Positions 50,739 to 56,806 of a stretch of DNA of 56,806 bases are shown here, piece by piece (the stretch's first letter is position 1; every line of letters begins with the position of its first letter). The notes under the pieces are model-generated. The model was not told where the DNA came from, did no database searches, and was given only the letters and a program-made list of their open reading frames with translations. Position numbers and translations under genes: made by a program. The stretch spans positions 1 through 56,806 of the forward strand of contig JAPEUI010000103.1 in assembly GCA_026025075.1 (NCBI GenBank). The letters are read 5' to 3'. The DNA comes from Vezdaea acicularis (lineage: Eukaryota).

Positions 50739-53576
50739 ATGGTAGGCTTCAAGGGTCTCTTCAAAAATCCGAAGAAGGAGGAGGCCGTGGCGGAGAAGAC
50801 GACGCTGCCGCCGATGCAGCAGCAGGATCACTCACCTCATGACTTCAGCATGGAGTTGCCTCCGCGTACGCCTCAGTTTGGCTCGTCGAGGAACTCCTTC
50901 TCGGGCGCCGCTTCGACGACGGGGAGTTACATGGAGGATATCAAGCACGAGGTCATGACTCAATGGCTATACCAGCAGCAATGCTCGCGGCTCTGGGTCT
51001 CCGACAACAGCGGTGATTGCCAGGGCGTGCTGCTACGGAAATCAAGGGGGACTTATCAATCAGCCCCACCCTCATTGGGAGAGAGTCCATTCGCTGCTGC
51101 TTGCCATGATCTTGGCGTTCGGGTAAGAAGCTTCGTCCACGCGAGTGATCTCAGAATTTCTGCTGACCAATTCTTGTAGTGTGCTATGACCGTTGTATCT
51201 CGTGTGATCACCACCTTCCTTACATGGTCGCCAGAAGCCGTCGACGTTCCACTTCCAAATGGCCTTCGAGTACAGATTTTGTCCACGGTCGACGACTTGC
51301 CACGAGCTCGAAAGCATCAGTATGCAGCATTCATCGCCTCAGAGGCCATGTTGGTGGTATGGGATGATGAGCCACTCAACCTTCTGCCCCGTGCAAAGAA
51401 CATCGAGGATGCATTAATGAAATTGGTGTGGAGCCCGAACAAAGGGGAGGAAGAAGGGGGCGAGAAGGGGGCCACTCAAATAACGACGGTCGAAATCGAT
51501 GAGGAGAGCGGAAAGCCAAAGCCACAACAGCGACCGACACATCTTCAGAATACTGTGCTCGTCGCACTCACATTGATCCTTGTCATTGCAGCACTAGGAG
51601 CTGGCTTCCGCCAGGTCGCCGTCGAAACCGTCGTCGACAAGAACTACATTCGAGCTGCATTCCTGCTCCTCACTCCTGTCCAGATTTTCTTCACATTGGT
51701 ACGTACCTCGCTTCAATTGGGCTCTTTGGTATATCTAACGAGTCTATCAGTTCTTCGGTCAAGTCATCGTTGGTTGTCTTGCTCAAATGGTCGGCCCCGT
51801 GAGGCAATTGCATACGAACTCAAGGTTCTACTCGGCCATCCCCCCCGCACGTCTTAGCGGCCGCGTCTTGCCTCACATCACTATCCAATGCCCCGTGTAC
51901 AAGGAAGGTCTAGAGGCCGTCATTGAGCCCACTGTCAAGTCCATCAAGAAAGCTATCTCTACCTATGAACTTCAGGGTGGCTCAGCCAACATCTTTATCA
52001 ACGATGACGGTCTTCAGCTCATTGATGAGCTTGAGCGAACCAAGCGAATCGAATTCTATGCCGACAACAGCATTGGCTGGACTGCTCGCCCTGCCCAGAG
52101 CGAGACATTCTTGCGACGAGGAAAATTCAAGAAGGCTTCGAACATGAACTACGGCCTCAAGATCACCTGCATGGTCGAGGAGAAACTCGCTCTTATTGAA
52201 CGACCTGATGACTGGACTCAAGCCGATGAAGCTACTGCATATGAGCGTTGCCTCAAGGAAGCTCTCGAAGAGGACCAGCGCGCCTGGGCTGATGGCAACA
52301 TTCGGGTTGGAGACTACATTCTTTTGAGTAGGTCATCTCAGCCCATTCTACAAACGTTATTCACTAACAATGTATATAGTCGATTCCGATACTCGTGTAC
52401 CAGAAGACTGCCTCCTCGATGCGTGCAGCGAGATGGAGCAATCCCCAGAAGTTGGTATCATGCAGTTCGCCTCCGGTGTCATGCAAGTCCAGAACGACTA
52501 CTTTGAAAATGGTATCACCTTCTTCACCAACCTTATCTACTCTGCCATCAAGTACACTGTCTCCAACGGTGATGTCGCTCCTTTCGTCGGTCACAACGCC
52601 ATCCTCCGATGGGAGGCTATCCAACAGATCTCGTACATGGACGAAGATGGCTATGAAAAATTCTGGTCTGAATCTCACGTGTCTGAGGACTTTGACATGT
52701 CTCTTCGTCTCCAGTGCAATGGCTACATCATTCGACTTGCGTCTTGGGATCACGGTGGCTTCAAGGAAGGTGTCTCCCTTACCGTCTACGATGAACTTGC
52801 CCGTTGGGAGAAGTATGCCTACGGATGTAACGAGCTGCTTTTCCATCCCATCTACACCTGGCTCTGGCGTGGACCATTCACTAAGCTATTCCGAACCTTC
52901 TTGTTCAGCAACATTCGTTTCACCTCGAAGATCACCATCATCTCATACATCGGAACATACTACGCCATTGGTGCCGCCTGGATCATGACGACTGCCAATT
53001 ACTTCGCCATCGGCTGGTTCAACGGATATCTCGACAAGTACTATATTGATTCGTGGAAGGTGTGGTTCTCCATTGTCATCGTGTTCAACGGTCTTGGAAA
53101 TCTTTCACTTGCTATCATGCGCTACCGGATAGGCGAGAGGAGCTTCTTCGGATCCTGTAAGTGTCATTTCTATCCATAGTCACGGAAAAGTTGCTAACTA
53201 TTCCACAGTGCTCGAAAATTTCAAGTGGATTCTGATGTTCGCTGTCTTCCTTGGTGGCCTTTCTCTGCACGTCTCGCAGGCGCTACTATGCCATATGTTC
53301 GGCATTAACATGGTCTGGGGAGCGACGTCCAAAGAAGTCGAGCAATCGAACTTCTTCGTCGAAGCGCCCCGAGTCATCAAGCGCTTCAAGTGGTCGTTCT
53401 TCTTCTCGATCACCATGATCGGCGCCATGATCTTCTTCGCCACCGCGAAAACCATCCTGCCACCGGGCTGGCTCATCACTGACTTCGTCGCCATCCTACC
53501 CATGGCCACCGTCACCCTCAGCCATCTCCTCCTGCCGATCGTCCTCAACCCCGCCCTCATGACCTTCACGTTCTAG
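50739..53576 (+). CDS. Polytopic membrane glycosyltransferase family 2 (processive synthase-like); introns 51123-51179, 51699-51750, 52328-52379, 53157-53208
   Basis: Two N-side TM helices; TIQCPVYKE, INDDG, KKASNMN, DxD (IDSD), FVGHNAILRW, SEDFD and a QxxRW-like ELARW; several C-terminal TM helices. Confidence 0.92.
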
Positions 53577-54546
53577 AAAGCCAAAAAGCTCGCGACTCAC
53601 TCACTCCACGGCGTCTAGCTTTAATGTCTTAATTGTAATAGACCGGCGTTGCTTAATCATCGACCTTTTTCTCTGCACATACTATCCGCCGTCCCCAAAC
53701 GGAACCGGGACGCGCAACTCACGAAACCAACAAAACACCCCCTCGAGTCCCCTGCTCTAGCAAGCGATTCATCTAATTCTACTGCCCAAAATTGCAGCTC
53801 CTTCATCACGGGAAATAGACGTCAATATTTCCTTCCTCCGAGGACACTTTTTTTCCTCCCTTCACATATGCCCGACTTTGACTTGAAATCCGGTCCTTTT
53901 ACTTCCTTTCCGAGCAGGCCGGGGTGGGGAGGGGGGCTCTGGGCGTCACATGGCATTGGAAACCTTCACTGTAGCTAGCTTTGCTACCTCCTTTTTTTTC
54001 CCTTTCCCTTCTCCTTCGACCTTTTTTGTCTTTTACACGGGTGCATATAGAATGGGAAATGGAATACACGTGCGAAATCTCCCTCCTGCCGCTACTGTTT
54101 TTTTTTTCTTTGTGTGGCTGCCGGACGCGGCCGGGAACTCTGGGGAACCTTGCAACTTGGCGTGGCATCATCATCATCACCTTCGCTCGACTGACGTTGC
54201 CTCTTTTCTTTTTTTTTTTTTCCTCTTGTGCGTGTGTTGAGCGTGGGGAACGATGGAGGGGGTGGGCTGGGGTGGAAGATCGATGATGGTGGAGATGGCT
54301 TTAGGGGCTCTAGAGTCGAATCATAAGATCCATAATACACCTTTCTTCTACCGCGCTGGTGACTCGTGATATCTGCTTTCCCCCCCCCCACATCCTTTGA
54401 CACGTCTGAGCCTTGCCCCATCAACCGGAGTTGAGTCGTAGTTCGCATAAAACCCTTGATACATGATTCGTACATGTGATATATACAATTACAGAAGCAC
54501 ACGCCTCAACGTCCCTCACAGCCTAGCAACGCCCCCCACCCCCTTT

Positions 54547-56075
54547 TCACGCCCTCAATAAACCCTCCAAATTAATGCTCTTGGGCCGCTCAATCGGCAA
54601 ACCCAGCGCTCTATCCCAGACCAACTGCGCGAGTGGGCCGAGGCCCCTACTAACGCCAAAGGTAGCGGTATAGTAGAGCGTCTGCGTGAAACCATAATGA
54701 TGGAAGAGGACGCCGGAGGCGCTATCGACGTTCGGATAAGGATTTTTGGTGCGGCCGTGCTCCTTGAGGACTTGTGGGGCGATGACGGCGGTGTTCTGGA
54801 CGAGCTGGAAGAGGGGACTCGCCGCGATATCAGGGCGGGCGGCGGCGAAGGAGAGGAGGGCTTCGAAGCGGGGGTCGGGGCGGCGGAGGACGGCGTGGCC
54901 GTAGCCGGGGACGACTTGGCCGCGGCGGAGGGTGGACCAGAGGTAGTTGCGGATGTCGGGGGAGGAGGGGGAGGGGCCGAGGTGGGATTGCATGGTGAGG
55001 AGCCAGCGGAGGACTTCCTGGGCGGCGAGGCCGTGGAGGGGCCCGGCGAGGCCGAGGAGGCCGGCGCTGTAGGATAGGAAGGGGTCGGAGAGGGCGGAGC
55101 CGACGAGGTGGGTGGCGTGTGCGGAGACGTTGCCGCCTTCGTGGTCGCCGTGGAGGGCGAGGTAGAGGCGGAGGAGGTCCTGGAAGGATTCGTGGGTGGG
55201 TCCGCCTTTGCCGAGGAGGGCGGCGAAGTTGTAGGACCAGTCTTGCGATGGGTCGATGGAGGCGGGGAGGGCGCCGCCGCCGTGGTACGCGTTCTGGTAG
55301 ATTTTGGCGGCGATGAGGGGGAGTTTGCCGAGGAGCGAGATGGCGTCGTCGAAGGTCGGCTCCCAGTAGTCGGCTTTGTTGATGCCGGTCTCGTAGGCTT
55401 TGGCGAAGACGCTGGTGTGGTTGAGGGCGGAGACGGCGATGGCGAACTGCGTCATGGGGTGTAGGTCTGTGGGGAAGGCGTCGAGCATATCAGAGACGAA
55501 GGGGGGGAGGAAAGCTTGTTCGGCGAGCTGGCGTGAGAAGTGCCGGACTTGCGGGGTGGAGGGGACCTGGCCGGTGAGGAGGAGCCAGAACATGGCTTCG
55601 GGGAGCATTTCGGTGCCTGTTTTCCCTTTGGGGAGTACGGCCTGGCATTCCTTTATGGTTCTACCGTGGAAGCGGATACCCTCGTTTGCGTCGAGGACGG
55701 AGCCTTCCCAGATCATCGCCTTGAGGCCTCTGTAGCAATTGGTGAGACTCTGAGAATGGATGTTGCTCAGGGCGGCATAGCATACCTCATCCCCCCGATG
55801 GCATTCTCCACTTTGACCTCTCCAATGACTTTGCTGCCATGCTCGCTCTTGACCTTCTTCAATAGCTCGCGTTTAGCGGGTATAACCTCTTTCAGGGTGG
55901 CTTTCAGGTCTGGCTCTGATGCAGAGGAGTATGACCGGAGACACAGCCTTGCTGTAAACTTCGAGAATACTTTCTACATTGTCATGTCAGTAAGCAATTG
56001 TCTCGGGGGGGGGGCGTAACAACATACGCGGCTCAGAGGAGTAGCCTTTGCGGCCGCTCTTGCACTCAATGCCAT
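54547..56075 (-). CDS. mcsA: 2-methylcitrate synthase, mitochondrial; introns 55974-56027, 55730-55785
   Basis: Citrate-synthase motifs LHGDHEGGNVSAH, GLAGPLHGLAAQEV, VVPGYGHAVLR, PYPNVDSASG; HGDH and GLAAQ variants and adjacency to methylisocitrate lyase favour McsA over Cit1. Confidence 0.88.
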
Positions 56076-56605
56076 TTTTGTGGTAACAGAAGGACTGGCA
56101 GATTGTAGACCAACACGAAGTTGTTCGGCCACAAGTCTCAGAGCTTAGGGGGCCTCTTTATGCTACTTATAGCTTGGTAATGATCACAAGGCGGGTACGT
56201 CAAATATATCGTCAAGTCCCGCTCTTAGCCGAGGGACGTTCCGAGGTTGCGGGGCGGCGCTCGGAGAATCGGAGCCGAAGGGGTTATTATTATAGCCACT
56301 GGACGGGTAACAATCGGGCACTGTGCAGCGGAATCAAGATGATCTAATCATTGTTTTTATTGCGTACTATGCCAAAGGTTTACATTGGAAGTGCGGCTCT
56401 TCTGTTTAGTGTCATGTGCCTTTTCCCCCTTCCAAAACCATTGAAATCCACCTTCTGGGTCTGCTGGCTTACAACAAGGCTACCAGGACTCTCTTCTCAG
56501 TTGTCAATCATGCTGCAGATCATCCACTGCTGCCCTGCGTCTCATTGTGGGAAAGAAACGTGTCGCGAACCTTCCCGGAATCTTACTCCATCTTGTTCTA
56601 GCAAC

Positions 56606-56806
56606 CTAGAAGCCTTTGTGATACGTTAGTTACCTCTCTAGATATGTATACACATCAAACTAGCGGCTTTACTCACTAATTTCTGTGTTGCCTGCACCCA
56701 TGCTCTTGCTACTACTACTTCCGCTCTGGATTGCGCCAATTATTCCATCCATATATCCAGCACCACTCCACTTCTGATGGGTGAGCACGTCGACACCGAG
56801 CTCCTT
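56606..56806 (-). CDS. mclA: Methylisocitrate lyase, 3' end only (gene runs off window); intron 56614-56676
   Basis: Minus strand reads KELGVDVLTHQKWSGAGYMDGIIGAIQSGSSSSKSMGAGNTEI|SF*, the HQKWSGA C-terminus of the isocitrate lyase family in its MCL-type form; not in the ORF track. Confidence 0.85.

Overview
Gene-rich stretch of a filamentous ascomycete (Pezizomycotina) nuclear chromosome with spliceosomal introns of mostly 45-130 nt; gene models below were spliced by hand. In order: Gin4/Hsl1-type kinase (+), DUF2461 protein with three unusually long introns (+), a ~10-kb gene-poor region carrying an intact 1193-bp Tc1 (DD34E) transposon, a Zn(II)2Cys6 transcription factor (+), Dbf2/Sid2 kinase (-), Rec8 (+), Arg5,6 (-), synaptobrevin (-), GH76 (+), membrane-anchored GH3 (-), a possible decayed gene (-), membrane-anchored GH16 (+), a polytopic GT2 (+), methylcitrate synthase (-) and the 3' end of methylisocitrate lyase (-). 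Best leads: (1) introns 5 and 6 of the DUF2461 gene are densely base-paired and may host structured ncRNAs, while intron 4 holds a 176-bp tandem duplication and a possible 12-nt microexon; (2) the GH16 + GT2 pair may be an uncharacterised beta-glucan synthesis/trimming module; (3) the compact Tc1 element looks intact. No tRNA, rRNA or CRISPR array was recognised. Family calls rest on motif recognition, not database searches.
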